Source of the DNA: an uncultured Phycisphaerales bacterium
GTDB taxonomy: Bacteria; Planctomycetota; B15-G4
DNA length: 64,000 bases
Direction of reading: 5' to 3'
Assembly (NCBI GenBank): GCA_964537035.1
Contig: CAZIAK010000004.1
Location: 81,871 to 145,870, forward strand
Shown here: one piece after another, positions 35,894 through 46,601 of the stretch
Position numbering within the stretch: position 1 is the first letter of the stretch
How the letters are laid out: each line of letters opens with the position of its first letter
Notes under the pieces: model-generated
Told to the model about the DNA's origin: nothing
Databases searched by the model: none
Seen by the model: the letters and a program-made list of their open reading frames with translations, nothing else
Position numbers and translations under genes: made by a program

Positions 35894-37011
35894 GGCGAGT
35901 CTCCAGTGACGTTGGTCGGTGGGATGGTGGCGATCTCTTCGAGCGTGTACTTGATCTGAGGGGTGCCGCCCTTGTTGGCAGCCTCGATGCGGATCGAATC
36001 CGGGAGCAGGTTGGGCGTTGCCACGTCGATGTTCGCCACGGGCAATCGAGCGTCAGCCCAATCGAACACCGGGTGGATTTTCTTGAGCAGCTGCTCGTCG
36101 CTGTACAGATTCGTGTCGAGCAGCTCCTTGGGACCGATGACCTGGATGTCCACCGTCTCGGTGCGGTCGACCCAACGCATGCCCCGCAGACCCAGCGCCT
36201 CTTCGTTCTCGTAGCGCACGGGCACGGAGTAGAGCAGCCGCACCAGGTCCTCTTCGTAAATGGGTACCTGGACCGTGACCGAGTCGATCAGCGCCAAGCG
36301 CACGGTACGGTCCACCTGATCACGGTCGAGGCTCACGGTGCGGCTCACGGTGTAGGCCTCGCCCTCCAGGTCGATCACCTGAAAGACCAGCAGCGCGGGG
36401 TTGTCGCGGATGGCCTTGATGTTGAGCCTGGGGCCGATCAGCTCGACCTGGCTCGGAGTGACCAAGGCCCGGCTCTCGTCGACCTTGTGGCCGGGCTTGG
36501 GCACGCCGGTGAGCTGCACGTTGTCCGGGCCCAGGTCGAGGGTCATGCGGTCTTCCCTGGCGAGCTGCAGCTCGATCTCAGGGGGCGAGACGATCAGGTC
36601 CAGGTCATCGAGGGCCGCGCCGAGGGCCCGAAACTGGGTGGCGTCGCTGAGGGCCAGTCGAAAGCTGCCTTCGTCCGCCGTGCCCAGGGCGTCCGGCGGA
36701 ATCTCGAAGACCGCCGACAACTGCAACGCATCGAGGTCGGCCTTGAGCCCTCTCACCACGATCTTGGCCTCCACCGCGTCGCCCTGCAGCAGGATGAACT
36801 CGTTGGGCTTGACCACGTAGAGCGCGGGCACCCCCACCTGGGAGTCTTCAGCCTCGCGCCGGGTCTCCACCATGCGCAGCTCCAGCACGATGACCCGCTC
36901 GCCCGCCAGGTTGCTGGACAACCAGAACCAGACGCCCACGGCGAGACCGAGGGCCGTGAGCTTGCGCCCGATGTCCTTGCGAAAGAGCGTCCAGAACACG
37001 GAATGACCCAT
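35890..37011 (-). CDS. cdaR: YbbR-domain protein (CdaR-like regulator of diadenylate cyclase)
   Basis: N-terminal TM (LTALGLAVGVWFWL) followed by repetitive beta-rich domains. Sits between cdaA and glmM, as in the conserved cdaA-cdaR-glmM module. Confidence 0.6.
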   Translation of the reverse strand: MGHSVFWTLFRKDIGRKLTALGLAVGVWFWLSSNLAGERVIVLELRMVETRREAEDSQVGVPALYVVKPNEFILLQGDAVEAKIVVRGLKADLDALQLSAVFEIPPDALGTADEGSFRLALSDATQFRALGAALDDLDLIVSPPEIELQLAREDRMTLDLGPDNVQLTGVPKPGHKVDESRALVTPSQVELIGPRLNIKAIRDNPALLVFQVIDLEGEAYTVSRTVSLDRDQVDRTVRLALIDSVTVQVPIYEEDLVRLLYSVPVRYENEEALGLRGMRWVDRTETVDIQVIGPKELLDTNLYSDEQLLKKIHPVFDWADARLPVANIDVATPNLLPDSIRIEAANKGGTPQIKYTLEEIATIPPTNVTGDSP

Positions 37012-37871
37012 CAGCCCTCGGCCTCCTGCGCCGTTCGCTGATCGGTCAGGCCCTCGCCCGCGAGGAAGTCTGCCAAGGTCACCAGCAGGTTGTCACGGCC
37101 TTCTGTGGTGTGCAGCAGACCGCGCCGAGCCACGGAGACGCGCCCCGTCTCTTCGGAGACCACCACCGCCACCGCGTCAGACTCTTCGGTGACGCCCATG
37201 GCCGCCCGATGCCGGGTGCCCAGGTCGCGAGAGACGGACGTCGAATCGGTCAGGGGCAACATGCATCCAGCCGCCGAGATGCGACCGTCGCGCACGATGA
37301 CCGCGCCGTCGTGCAGCGGGCTGTTGGGATAGAAGATCGACTCGATCATCGCCCCCGAGAGCGCGGCGTCGAGAGGCACGCCCGAGTTCTGCAGCCCCGC
37401 CAGCCCGACCTGGCACTCGAACACCACCAGCACGCCGGTGCGCTTGGTGGCCAGGTTCACGATGGACTCGGCGAAGTCGAAGAGCCGGTTGGGCTCGACG
37501 CTCGACGAGCGCCCGCTCCGTTCGCTGACCCGGGTCAGGCCCGTGCGCAGCTCGGGTTGAAAGAGGATCACCAGCATCACCAACAGCAACGGCAAGATCA
37601 CCGCGCCCGCTGCGTCGAGGCGGGGAAACGACAGGGCGAAGGTGAACTCGAGCACGTTCAACAAGGCCACCACGATCAAGATGATCACGCCCACGCCCTT
37701 GAGCACCGCCAGGCCCCGGGTGCCGTGGAGAAAGTTCAGCACGGCGTAGAACAGGCAGAACAGCAGGGCGATCTCGATGCCCGCAGCCAGCAGGTCCTTG
37801 CTCCAATCAAACTCCATGGAGAGCGGCTGAAGAGCCAACCAACGGCCGAGCCCTGAGCCGGCCATCATCAC
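37011..37871 (-). CDS. cdaA: diadenylate cyclase (c-di-AMP synthase), membrane-anchored CdaA type
   Basis: Three N-terminal TM segments followed by a DAC domain: SPLHDGAVIVRDGRISAAGCMLPLT and GTRHRAAMGVTEESDAVAVVVSEETGRVSVA. Candidate starts are GTG 37871, ATG 37868 and ATG 37865. Confidence 0.85.
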   Translation of the reverse strand: MMMAGSGLGRWLALQPLSMEFDWSKDLLAAGIEIALLFCLFYAVLNFLHGTRGLAVLKGVGVIILIVVALLNVLEFTFALSFPRLDAAGAVILPLLLVMLVILFQPELRTGLTRVSERSGRSSSVEPNRLFDFAESIVNLATKRTGVLVVFECQVGLAGLQNSGVPLDAALSGAMIESIFYPNSPLHDGAVIVRDGRISAAGCMLPLTDSTSVSRDLGTRHRAAMGVTEESDAVAVVVSEETGRVSVARRGLLHTTEGRDNLLVTLADFLAGEGLTDQRTAQEAEG

Positions 37872-39046
37872 GGTGAGCTGGCCGGCTGAACGGTCTCGCC
37901 CGCCGCTGCGAGGACGGCGCCCACGGTCTCTCCCAACAGGGTGTCGGGAGTGGATGCGCCGGCGGTGAAGCCCACGTGGACCCCTCCCTCGGGCAGCCAG
38001 TCGGGGGTGGAGATCATGGTGCCGCTGGCGGGGTCACGATGGCGAATGACGCCAGCCTCGATGGCCTCCGGGCCAATGACGTGATAGCTGGGAAAGCGTC
38101 CGTCGCCCACACGAGTGAGGTTGCGCGTGTTGCTGGAGTCGTAACCGCCGACGACGATGACCAGGTCGAGCACGCCGCGCTCCGCCATCTCGGACACCGC
38201 GTCCTGGTTCTCCTGGGTGGCCTTGCAGATGGTGTTCAGCTCGCGGAACTGATCGACGCCCCCGTCACGCTCGCGGATCGCCGCCCTGATCAAGCTCTCG
38301 ATCTCGCGGGTCTCGCTGGCCAGCATGGTGGTCTGGTTGATGGTGCCGATCTTGGCCAGGTGCTGCTCGGGGTCGAAACCCTCTGAACACACGCCATGAG
38401 CGAAGCCCTTCAACAGCTCGGCGCTGCTCAGTCGACCCAGCACGAACTCGCACAGGCGTTCAGCCTCGCGACGATCTGCCACCACGACGAACTGCCCGCC
38501 CTTCGAGGCGATCAGACTGCACGAGGCCGCGGTCTCTTCGTGACGAACCAACCCGTGGATCACCGTGGTGTAACCGTCTTCGACGTAGCGCAGGGTGCGG
38601 CGGTGAGGGCGCACGACCCATGGGCATGTGGTGTCGATGATCGTGCAGCCCAGCAGCTCGAGATGGCGCATGTCTTCGACCCGGGCCGAGAAGGCGGGGA
38701 TGATGATCACGTCATCAGGGCCAGGACGACCCGGATCATCCTCGGCGAAGGGGCCGCGCAGGAAGCGCACGCCGGCTCGCTTGAAGTCGGCGTTCACCCG
38801 GGGGTTGTGGATGATCTGGTCGAGCAGCCAGATGCTCCCGTCGGGGTGGGCCTCAATGGCGTCTCGCACCATGGCCACCGCCCGGTCGACACCCCAGCAG
38901 AAGCCGAACGACCGGGCCGTGTGCACGGTCACCCGCCCGCGGGTCATGGTCCCATCGCCCGAGCGGAGCGACTCGATCAGCTCGCTGCGGTAGCTGTAGC
39001 GTTGGTGCGCGTCGGCGTAGGGGTCGGCTGTGTGCTTTTTGGTCAT
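37868..39046 (-). CDS. ispH: 4-hydroxy-3-methylbut-2-enyl diphosphate reductase
   Basis: FGFCWGVDRAV, TCPWV, NTICKATQENQ and VVGGYDSSNT, which include the three Fe-S cysteine motifs. Confidence 0.9.
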   Translation of the reverse strand: MTKKHTADPYADAHQRYSYRSELIESLRSGDGTMTRGRVTVHTARSFGFCWGVDRAVAMVRDAIEAHPDGSIWLLDQIIHNPRVNADFKRAGVRFLRGPFAEDDPGRPGPDDVIIIPAFSARVEDMRHLELLGCTIIDTTCPWVVRPHRRTLRYVEDGYTTVIHGLVRHEETAASCSLIASKGGQFVVVADRREAERLCEFVLGRLSSAELLKGFAHGVCSEGFDPEQHLAKIGTINQTTMLASETREIESLIRAAIRERDGGVDQFRELNTICKATQENQDAVSEMAERGVLDLVIVVGGYDSSNTRNLTRVGDGRFPSYHVIGPEAIEAGVIRHRDPASGTMISTPDWLPEGGVHVGFTAGASTPDTLLGETVGAVLAAAGETVQPASSP

Positions 39047-39082
39047 GGTCTCGGTGCAGGCGGCGAGCGAGAAGCCAGTCTA

Positions 39083-39979
39083 TCAACCGCCTTGCACGGG
39101 GGCATCTGCGGTGCTCGTCGAGCCTGCCGAGCCGTCTTGGCCACGGCGGCCCCGGGGGCATCGGTCGGTCACCGCGGCCAGCACCGCCAGGGCCTGACAG
39201 GCCGCCCGGGCGTCATGCACGCGCACGAAATCCACCCCCGCCTGGGCCGCCAGAACCGTGGTCACCGTGGTGCCGTGCTCCCGGTCATGGACATCAGCTC
39301 CGCTCACCGCCCCCAGGAAGGCCTTGCGAGAGCAGCCCAGGACCAGGCGCTGGCCGAGGGCGCAGAGCTGGGGCAGCGCTCCCAGCAGATCGAGGTTGTC
39401 CGCGAGGCGCTTGCCGAAGCCGATACCCGGGTCGAGCAGGAGCTGGCTGCGATCGATGCCCGCCGCCACGGCGCGCTCCACGGCGGCTTGCAGCTCGTGG
39501 ACCACCTCGCTGACCACGTCGTCGTAGCGGGGGTCGTCCTGCATGTGGGCGGGGGTGCCCTGGCGATGCATGAGCACCACGGGCAGGCCCGCCTCTGCCG
39601 CCACCATTGCCAGCTGGGGGTCGTCCGCCAGGGCAGAGGTGTCGTTGAGCACGTCGACCCCCACCTCGCAGGCCCGGGCCAAGACCTCGCCGCACGTGGT
39701 ATCGAGCGACAAGGGGACCGGGACCGCAGCCCGCAGCGGTGCCAGCACCGGCTCCAAGCGCCGCCACTCCTCTGCAGCAGAGACGGTCGCAGCCCCCGGC
39801 CTTGTGGACACCGCTCCCAGATCGATGAGCGCAGCGCCAGCCTCTACCGCAGCGACCGCTGCCTCGATCGCCGAGCGGGGATCGAGAGACACACCGCCGT
39901 CGCTGAAACTGTCCGGCGTCACGTTGATCACCGCCATGACCCGGGTCTCACCGGGAGGCGGCAGGCCACGCAGGGTCAC
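39083..39979 (-). CDS. folP: dihydropteroate synthase
   Basis: VMAVINVTPDSFSDGG and IDLGAVSTRPGA. GTG 39979 overlaps the ftsH TGA (GTGA). An alternative ATG lies at 39937. Confidence 0.85.
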   Translation of the reverse strand: MTLRGLPPPGETRVMAVINVTPDSFSDGGVSLDPRSAIEAAVAAVEAGAALIDLGAVSTRPGAATVSAAEEWRRLEPVLAPLRAAVPVPLSLDTTCGEVLARACEVGVDVLNDTSALADDPQLAMVAAEAGLPVVLMHRQGTPAHMQDDPRYDDVVSEVVHELQAAVERAVAAGIDRSQLLLDPGIGFGKRLADNLDLLGALPQLCALGQRLVLGCSRKAFLGAVSGADVHDREHGTTVTTVLAAQAGVDFVRVHDARAACQALAVLAAVTDRCPRGRRGQDGSAGSTSTADAPVQGG

Positions 39980-42228
39980 GCGGGTTCAGGCAAGGGCACG
40001 TTGGTTCCGTCGAAGCCCTCGTCGTCTTCGGGCTCAGCGGAGACCGTCGGTGGCGTGGACTCTACGGGGGGAGCGCTGGTGCCCTGCTCGTCATCTTCAG
40101 AGCGCAGCTCAGACATGGTGGCCCCGGCCAGCAGGGCCCGCACCTCGGCGCCACTCAGCGTCTCGTAGTGGATCAGCGCTTCGGTCAAGCGTTCCATCTC
40201 GTCGCGATGCTCTTCGATGATCTGCGAAGCCTGGCTGTGGGCCGCCTCGAGGATGTCGTGCACCTCTTGATCGATGGCCTCGGAGGTCTTCTCTGAGTAG
40301 TTCTTGTTGCGCAGCAGCTCGTCACCCAGGAACACCTCGCCCCGGCTCTCGCCGTAGGACACCGGCCCCATGACATCGGACATGCCCCAGTTGCAGACCA
40401 TCATGCGGGCGATCTCCGTGGCCCGCTCGATGTCGTTGCTCGCTCCGCCAGAGATGTCCTCGCAGAACTTCTCTTCGGCCACCCGGCCGCCGTAGAGCAT
40501 GGCCAGCATGGCCTTCAGCTCGTTGCGTCGGTGGTGATACTTGTCCCGCTCGGGAAGCTGCATGGTGGCGCCCAGAGCCATGCCCCGGGGGATGATCGTG
40601 ACCTTGTGCACGGGCTCGACCAGGTCGGGCAGGGCCTCGGCCACCATGACGTGTCCCGCTTCGTGGTAGGCGGTGAGCCGCTTGTCTTCTTCGATGAGCA
40701 CCCGGGTCTTCTTCTGGCGGCCGAAGCGCACCTTGTCCCGGGCCTCTTCGAGGTCTGACTGATCGATCGCCTCTTTGTTCTCGATCGTGGCGATCAGGGC
40801 GGCCTCGTTCATCAACGCTTCGAGTTCGGCTCCGGAGAACATGGGGGTTCCCCGGGCGACTTCAGACAGATCGACATCGTCGGACAGCACCACCTTCTGG
40901 GAGTGCACCACCAGGATCGCCTCCCGACCGCGGATGTCCGGCAGATCGAGGGTGATCTGGCGATCGAAGCGACCGGGCCTCAGCAGGGCGGCATCGAGCA
41001 CGTCGGGACGGTTGGTGGCCGCGATCATGATCACCGCGGAGTCGGTGTCGAAGCCGTCCATTTCGACCAGGATGGCGTTGAGCGTCTGCTCCCGCTCATC
41101 GTGGCCGCCGCCCAGACCGGCGCCGCGCTTGCGCCCCACCGCGTCAATCTCATCGAGGAAGATCACGCAGGGTGCGTTCTCGCGAGCCTGCTTGAAGAGG
41201 TCGCGGACACGGGAGGCGCCCACGCCCACGAACATCTCCACGAAGTCACTGCCGCTGATGGCGAAGAAGGGCACGCTGGCCTCACCCGCGATGGCCTTGG
41301 CCAACAACGTCTTGCCCGTACCCGGGGGCCCCACCAGCAGCACGCCCCGGGGCAATCGCCCACCCAGCCGGCTGAACTTCTTGGGGTCTTTCAAGAAGGC
41401 GATGATCTCGGTCACCTCTTCTTTGGCTTCTTCGACTCCCGCCACATGGTCGAAGGTCACCTGCGAATCATCCGGCTGGATCATCTTCACCTTGCTGCGG
41501 CCGAAGGACATGATCCCCCCGGAGCCACCGCCGCCGCGCATCTGGCGGCTGAAGAGAAACAGGAAGAAGGCGATGAACAGGAACCAGGGCACCAGGGTCA
41601 GCAGCAGGCCGCCCCAGATGTCGCTGTCAGGCTCGCTGCTCACCTTGCTCTCGTAGCCCACGTCTGCCGGGCCGATCTGCACACCGAGCGCATCGGCCGC
41701 GGCGATCAGCTCGGCGACCTTGCCACTGCCCGCGGAGCCCTTGAGGTGGGCCCAGTGCACCTGGCCGTTGGTCATGTACTGAACGAACACGCCCGAGTAG
41801 CCCTCCCGGGCGTCCTCACGAGCGCTGTTCATGGTGTAGCCGCTGACCAGCTGCCAGCCCTCGCCCACCTGCCGCAAGGCATCTTCGAGGGTGATGTTCA
41901 TGGCGATGTCACGATCGACCAGGCGCTCGAGATCAACCAGCTGCTCCACCGCGTAGGGCGGCACGGGGATCGACTCCCACTCTTCGTCGGTCCGGTTGCG
42001 GGTCACCGTGGCATCGAGGTAGCGCTCGCCGCGAATGGAGAGCTGGACCACGCTGCCCTGGTAGGCCAGCCGGCGCAGGCTCTGGTACGTGCGCCCGGCG
42101 GCTTCGGGGTTGACGGTGGAGAAGCTCTTCATCAGCAGCGCGGCCATGGCCAGGATCAGCACCAGGGTCAGGGCGCTGCCCATGCGGCTCGGCTCGCGCT
42201 TGGGAGGCTGTTTCTGAGAATCAGACAT
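39976..42228 (-). CDS. ftsH: ATP-dependent zinc metalloprotease FtsH
   Basis: Walker [22 protein letters not shown] region, zinc site HEAGHVM. Confidence 0.95.
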   Translation of the reverse strand: MSDSQKQPPKREPSRMGSALTLVLILAMAALLMKSFSTVNPEAAGRTYQSLRRLAYQGSVVQLSIRGERYLDATVTRNRTDEEWESIPVPPYAVEQLVDLERLVDRDIAMNITLEDALRQVGEGWQLVSGYTMNSAREDAREGYSGVFVQYMTNGQVHWAHLKGSAGSGKVAELIAAADALGVQIGPADVGYESKVSSEPDSDIWGGLLLTLVPWFLFIAFFLFLFSRQMRGGGGSGGIMSFGRSKVKMIQPDDSQVTFDHVAGVEEAKEEVTEIIAFLKDPKKFSRLGGRLPRGVLLVGPPGTGKTLLAKAIAGEASVPFFAISGSDFVEMFVGVGASRVRDLFKQARENAPCVIFLDEIDAVGRKRGAGLGGGHDEREQTLNAILVEMDGFDTDSAVIMIAATNRPDVLDAALLRPGRFDRQITLDLPDIRGREAILVVHSQKVVLSDDVDLSEVARGTPMFSGAELEALMNEAALIATIENKEAIDQSDLEEARDKVRFGRQKKTRVLIEEDKRLTAYHEAGHVMVAEALPDLVEPVHKVTIIPRGMALGATMQLPERDKYHHRRNELKAMLAMLYGGRVAEEKFCEDISGGASNDIERATEIARMMVCNWGMSDVMGPVSYGESRGEVFLGDELLRNKNYSEKTSEAIDQEVHDILEAAHSQASQIIEEHRDEMERLTEALIHYETLSGAEVRALLAGATMSELRSEDDEQGTSAPPVESTPPTVSAEPEDDEGFDGTNVPLPEPA

Positions 42229-42231
42229 GGG

Positions 42232-42729
42232 TCAGAACTCCGCTTCGAGTGCGCGCACCACATCTCGGGCCAAGAGCCTGAAGACGTCAAGTCGGGCACT
42301 GTCTACGTTTTCGGAAAGATTGGGCACAAAGTCGCCGGCCTGGGTGAGGTTCACGGTCTTGTAGACCTCTCCGCTGAAGGCGTCTCGGAGCTGGATTTCG
42401 ATGGCTATGGACGTGCTGCGAAAGGTCGGCGTGCGGTCGGGGTCCTCGGATAGCACGGCCTGCCTCACATGGACGATGCGTCCTTCGATCAGGACCTCGG
42501 CCTCTTCTTTGCTCGTCAGGTGGAGCCCAGGCCTGGACAAGATCTCGGCGACCACCCGCTCGGTCAGCTTGAACTCGACGTCCCGGTAGAAGGTGTCGTT
42601 AGCAAAGAAACCAACGAACACCGAGTCTCGATCCAGGGGATAGAGCCCTCCCCGAGACAGGCTCACGCAGCCCTGGGGGGCCAGGGCCGAGAGCAGCACC
42701 GCGGTGAGCAGAAGCCACTGAGCTCTCAT
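42232..42729 (-). CDS. LptE-like LPS-assembly lipoprotein
   Basis: Track ORF 42232..43200 trimmed to ATG 42729, which overlaps the upstream TGA (ATGA). MRAQWLLLTAVLLSALAPQGC lipobox. FVGFFANDTFYRDVEFKLTERVVAEIL...EVLIEGRI matches the LptE pattern. Confidence 0.5.
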   Translation of the reverse strand: MRAQWLLLTAVLLSALAPQGCVSLSRGGLYPLDRDSVFVGFFANDTFYRDVEFKLTERVVAEILSRPGLHLTSKEEAEVLIEGRIVHVRQAVLSEDPDRTPTFRSTSIAIEIQLRDAFSGEVYKTVNLTQAGDFVPNLSENVDSARLDVFRLLARDVVRALEAEF

Positions 42730-43700
42730 CGGTCTTCGCTCCAGGGGCTCTTCTCCGGGAACTCCCGGTCGATGGAGGTCAGCCCCGGGTCGGCCGCCAT
42801 GAGGTCGGGGTCGAGCCCGGCTGCCCGCAACAGCTCGAGGGCCGCCTGTCCGGAGTCGGTCTCGGGATAGAGCACCGCGGCGTTGGCCAGGCGCAGCTGC
42901 CGGCCCACCTGCCGATCGCGGCTGGCGTAGAAGTCGGCCGCCATCAGGTGCGTGGCGGCCAGCAGCTCCCGGCAGGTCGCCAGGTCGGCCTCCGCGTCTT
43001 TGCGAGCCACTCCCCGGCGATGCACTCGCAGCGAGGTTCGCAGCAGCTCCTGGGTCTTCAGCAGACCGTTGTGGTCGTAACCCGGCCCGTAGACCAGCTT
43101 GAGCCTGCAGTTCGCGGCCAGCCAGAGCGACCGTTCGGCCCATTCGCTCTCTGGGTACTCGTCGAAGAGCTGCTCGTAGGTCAGCGAGGCTTCGAGCCAT
43201 TCTTCATTCTCTTCGCTGGCGAAGAACTCGGCGATGTGGTGCAGGGCGTCATCCGCCAGATCACTGTGCCGAAAGTGAACCTGCAGCAGGGTCATGACCT
43301 CGACGCCACGCCCCCGAGAGTCGAAGAAGCCCCCGTAACGTTCATCGTACAAGAGGCGCTCGCCGATCTCGAAGAGGCGCCGTTCGATGGTCACCACATG
43401 GGGCGACCAGGGCGCGGTCTCCAGCAGGGTGCGGTAGTTCTTGAAGGCCTTGACGTCGAGCCCCAGGGTCATCTCGGCCTCTGCCGCCAGCCACGCAGCC
43501 TCTGCCAGGGCCTCCGCAGACCAGGTCTCCTCGAGCTCACCGCTCAACACGGCCTCGGAGAGCGCAGCAGCCTCTTCGAACGAACCCTCATCGAAGTAGA
43601 TGCGGGCACTCTGAACTGCATCTGCGTCAGGAATGAGGGCCGGGGTGCCACAGCCGGTGCAGGCTGCCCAGAGGACCGAGGCAAGCAGAAGCGTGCGCAT
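42726..43700 (-). CDS. TPR-like outer-membrane lipoprotein (BamD/YfiO-like?)
   Basis: Trimmed to ATG 43700 (MRTLLLASVLWAACTGC). Helical repeat content. Positioned next to the lptE-like gene. Confidence 0.4.
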   Translation of the reverse strand: MRTLLLASVLWAACTGCGTPALIPDADAVQSARIYFDEGSFEEAAALSEAVLSGELEETWSAEALAEAAWLAAEAEMTLGLDVKAFKNYRTLLETAPWSPHVVTIERRLFEIGERLLYDERYGGFFDSRGRGVEVMTLLQVHFRHSDLADDALHHIAEFFASEENEEWLEASLTYEQLFDEYPESEWAERSLWLAANCRLKLVYGPGYDHNGLLKTQELLRTSLRVHRRGVARKDAEADLATCRELLAATHLMAADFYASRDRQVGRQLRLANAAVLYPETDSGQAALELLRAAGLDPDLMAADPGLTSIDREFPEKSPWSEDR

Positions 43701-43704
43701 GGGC

Positions 43705-44466
43705 TCAGGCCACCCGATGCAGGACATGGCAGCGTGGCGGTCGTTCGAGCACGTGGGTCATCACCCGATCGTAGTAACGCCGCATCTGATGGTCGATGTC
43801 TGAAGGAAGGCTGATCGAAGACAGGCCCCGTGGGTCGGATCCGGCCAGCTGCCGGATCACCTGGGCCGCCCCGGCCGAAAGTGAAAACGAATGATCTCGC
43901 CCATCGCGGCAGCTCCCACAGACGATACCGCCCTGCTCAGGATCGCAACGCAGGATGTGTTTCAAGGTGGGCCGACGGCTACAGGAGACGCAACGATCAA
44001 GGGTGAGCTCGAATCCGGTGAGTCTAAGGATCCCGCCCTGCAGCGCAAACACCACCGGGGCCAGGTCCTCTCGGGCCGGAGCAGCCTCGAGAGCAGCCAG
44101 ATAGGCGAGGGCGAGATCGAAGATCTGAGGCACCCGCTGACCCTCGGGAACCAGCCCCTGCAGCAGCTCCACCAGGTACTCACCGGCCAGGAGCAGATCA
44201 GTGCGCCTGCGGATCTGGGGGTGATGGCCCAGCAGCCGCCGTTCGTAGACCTGGGGCATGGCCCGGCTGCCCCGTCGGGAGCTGAAGCTCACCTGGCAAT
44301 GGTCGAGCAGGTCGACGCCGCCCCCCTTGCGGGACCGGGGCCTGTGCACGCCCTTGAGGATCAGGGGCAAGAGCCCGTGGGAGCGGGTAAGAAAAACGGC
44401 GATCTGGCTGGTCTCCCCGAAGGGGGTCCGGCGCAGGGCCAGGGCCTCTGTGGTGACGCGTGGCAT
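43705..44466 (-). CDS. recO: DNA repair protein RecO
   Basis: N-terminal OB fold (EALALRRTPFGETSQIAVFLT) and a Zn-finger (CVSCSR...GGIVCGSC). Confidence 0.8.
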   Translation of the reverse strand: MPRVTTEALALRRTPFGETSQIAVFLTRSHGLLPLILKGVHRPRSRKGGGVDLLDHCQVSFSSRRGSRAMPQVYERRLLGHHPQIRRRTDLLLAGEYLVELLQGLVPEGQRVPQIFDLALAYLAALEAAPAREDLAPVVFALQGGILRLTGFELTLDRCVSCSRRPTLKHILRCDPEQGGIVCGSCRDGRDHSFSLSAGAAQVIRQLAGSDPRGLSSISLPSDIDHQMRRYYDRVMTHVLERPPRCHVLHRVA

Positions 44467-46598
44467 GCCTTGCTAGCCTATCACCCGCAGTGCCAGCCTT
44501 ACGCGCCGAGAACGCGGTCATCGAGCCCAACAGCCCCACCCAACCCGACCGCACCGGCTCCGGCGCGACCGATCCCCGCCCTCCCCGGCCCGCGAGCGTG
44601 GTCCTGGAGGATCTCGACGAGTTCGAGAAGCAGCGCAAAGATCGAGTCAAGCGCGGCGAGCCACTGCCCACCGAGCTCAGCGGCAGCATCCACGACCCGA
44701 AGGTCTGGCGACGACTGGGTCGCTACATCCCGCCGCACAAGTGGGCCCTGGTGTCGTCGTTCGTCCTGTCGCTGTTCTCCGCCGCCGCCAAGATCGGCAC
44801 GCTGTTCACCCTGGAGAAGCTGCTCAAGCCCTTCTTCGACGCCAGCGGCGGGGTCATCACCAAGAGCTTCGAGCAGCTCTTCGCCGAGCTGTCCACCGCC
44901 TTCAGCCATGGGGCCAGCACACCCCTGACGCTCTTCTCGTGGACCCTGCCCTTCGACCCCTGGCCCTACACGTTCGGGCTGACCAGTTTGTCGATCTCGC
45001 TGGAGCAGGCCTGGAACAGCATCCCCCCCAGGGAGCAGCTGCAGATCGCCGGCAGCGCCATGATCGCCCTGGTGATCATCGAACAGATCAACAAGTACTC
45101 CCAGCGCCTGATCATGCGCAGCGTCTCGCTCGACGTGGTGCGGGTCATGCGCGCCGACGTGTTCCGCAAGCTCATGCGGCTGTCCATGCGCTTCTTTCAC
45201 GCCAACCACTCGGCCAAGCTGCTCTCGCGGATCACTTCCGATCTGACCAACCTGGGCAAGCTGCTGGTCGATGTGATGGTGCACATCCTGACCGACGCGT
45301 TCACCGTGGTCCTGGCCATGACCTATGTGTGGATGCGCAGCGGCGGTGCGGTGATCCTGGCCCTGGTCCTGGTCACGGTCACCTTCCTGCCCATCCAGAT
45401 CGTCGCTCGCAAGCTGCGCAAGCGCGAGATCAAGAACCAGCACAAGCTCTCCCTGGTCTTCCAGTACATCCAGGAGTCTCTCGGCGCCCAGAAGATCGTC
45501 AAGGCGTTCGGCGCCGAGAAGCACGAGATCGAGCGCTTCAACGGCATCAACGACCGGGTCACAGCGGGTCGCATGAAGGCCGCCGAGCTCAGGGCTCGGG
45601 CCGATCCCATCGTCGAGATCATGGGCGCCGCTGCCGTGGCCGGTTTCATGATCTGGGGCGGCTACAAGGTGGTGGACGGCGACTGGCACGGCGAGGAGTT
45701 CTTCGTCATCGTCATGGCCCTGATCACCGTGGTGGCCTCGCTCCGCCGGCTGGGTGACACCAACATCAAGATCCAGTGGGGCCTGAGCTCTGCGGATCGT
45801 GTGGCGACCCTGCTGTACAACGAGCCGGAGATGACCGACAGCCCGAACGCCGTCGAGCTGGAGCAGTTCACCTCGCAGATCGAGTTCCGTGACGTGAGCT
45901 TCGCCCACAAGGCCGACATGCCCGTGCTGCAGGACGTCAACTTCACCGTCCGCCGAGGCGAGACCCTGGCCCTGGTGGGGCACACCGGCTCGGGCAAGTC
46001 GACCATCGGCGACCTGGTCGTGCGCTTCTACGACGTCGACTCCGGCGCCGTGCTCATCGACGAGCACGATGTGCGCGACATCGCCCTCACGTCCCTGCGC
46101 CAGCACATGGCCGTGGTCACCCAGGAGACCATGCTGTTTCAGGGGACAGTGCACAGCAACATCGCCTACGCCCGCCCGGACGCCAGCCGCGACGAGGTCA
46201 CGGCGGCCGCGCGATCAGCCTTCGCCCACGACTTCATCGCCAAGCTGCCAGGGGGTTACGACACCGAAGTGGGCGAGCGGGGCATGACCCTTTCGGGCGG
46301 CGAGCGGCAGCGCATCGCCATCGCCAGGGCCCTGCTCTCCCAGGCTCCGATTCTGCTCCTCGACGAGGCCACGTCGGCCCTTGACTCGAAGTCCGAGCGC
46401 ATCGTTCAGGATGCCATCGACAGCGCCCGCAGCAACCACACCACGATCATCATCGCCCACCGCCTGTCGACGATTCGAGACGCCGATCAGATCTTGGTGC
46501 TGGAGAACGGCGCCGTGGTCGAGCGAGGCAACCACGCCGAGCTCATGGCCGCGAGAGGCCTCTACGCCAGCATGGTGCGGCTGCAGAACGACAGCTGA
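44460..46598 (+). CDS. ABC transporter, fused permease/ATPase exporter (MsbA-like)
   Basis: Six-TM exporter domain. Walker A GHTGSGKST, signature LSGGERQRIAIARAL, Walker B ILLLDEATSALD. Start uncertain: the ORF is open from GTG 44460, which would overlap the recO start; GTG 44598 is an alternative. Confidence 0.85.
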   Translation: MACLASLSPAVPALRAENAVIEPNSPTQPDRTGSGATDPRPPRPASVVLEDLDEFEKQRKDRVKRGEPLPTELSGSIHDPKVWRRLGRYIPPHKWALVSSFVLSLFSAAAKIGTLFTLEKLLKPFFDASGGVITKSFEQLFAELSTAFSHGASTPLTLFSWTLPFDPWPYTFGLTSLSISLEQAWNSIPPREQLQIAGSAMIALVIIEQINKYSQRLIMRSVSLDVVRVMRADVFRKLMRLSMRFFHANHSAKLLSRITSDLTNLGKLLVDVMVHILTDAFTVVLAMTYVWMRSGGAVILALVLVTVTFLPIQIVARKLRKREIKNQHKLSLVFQYIQESLGAQKIVKAFGAEKHEIERFNGINDRVTAGRMKAAELRARADPIVEIMGAAAVAGFMIWGGYKVVDGDWHGEEFFVIVMALITVVASLRRLGDTNIKIQWGLSSADRVATLLYNEPEMTDSPNAVELEQFTSQIEFRDVSFAHKADMPVLQDVNFTVRRGETLALVGHTGSGKSTIGDLVVRFYDVDSGAVLIDEHDVRDIALTSLRQHMAVVTQETMLFQGTVHSNIAYARPDASRDEVTAAARSAFAHDFIAKLPGGYDTEVGERGMTLSGGERQRIAIARALLSQAPILLLDEATSALDSKSERIVQDAIDSARSNHTTIIIAHRLSTIRDADQILVLENGAVVERGNHAELMAARGLYASMVRLQNDS

Positions 46599-46601
46599 GA
46601 C

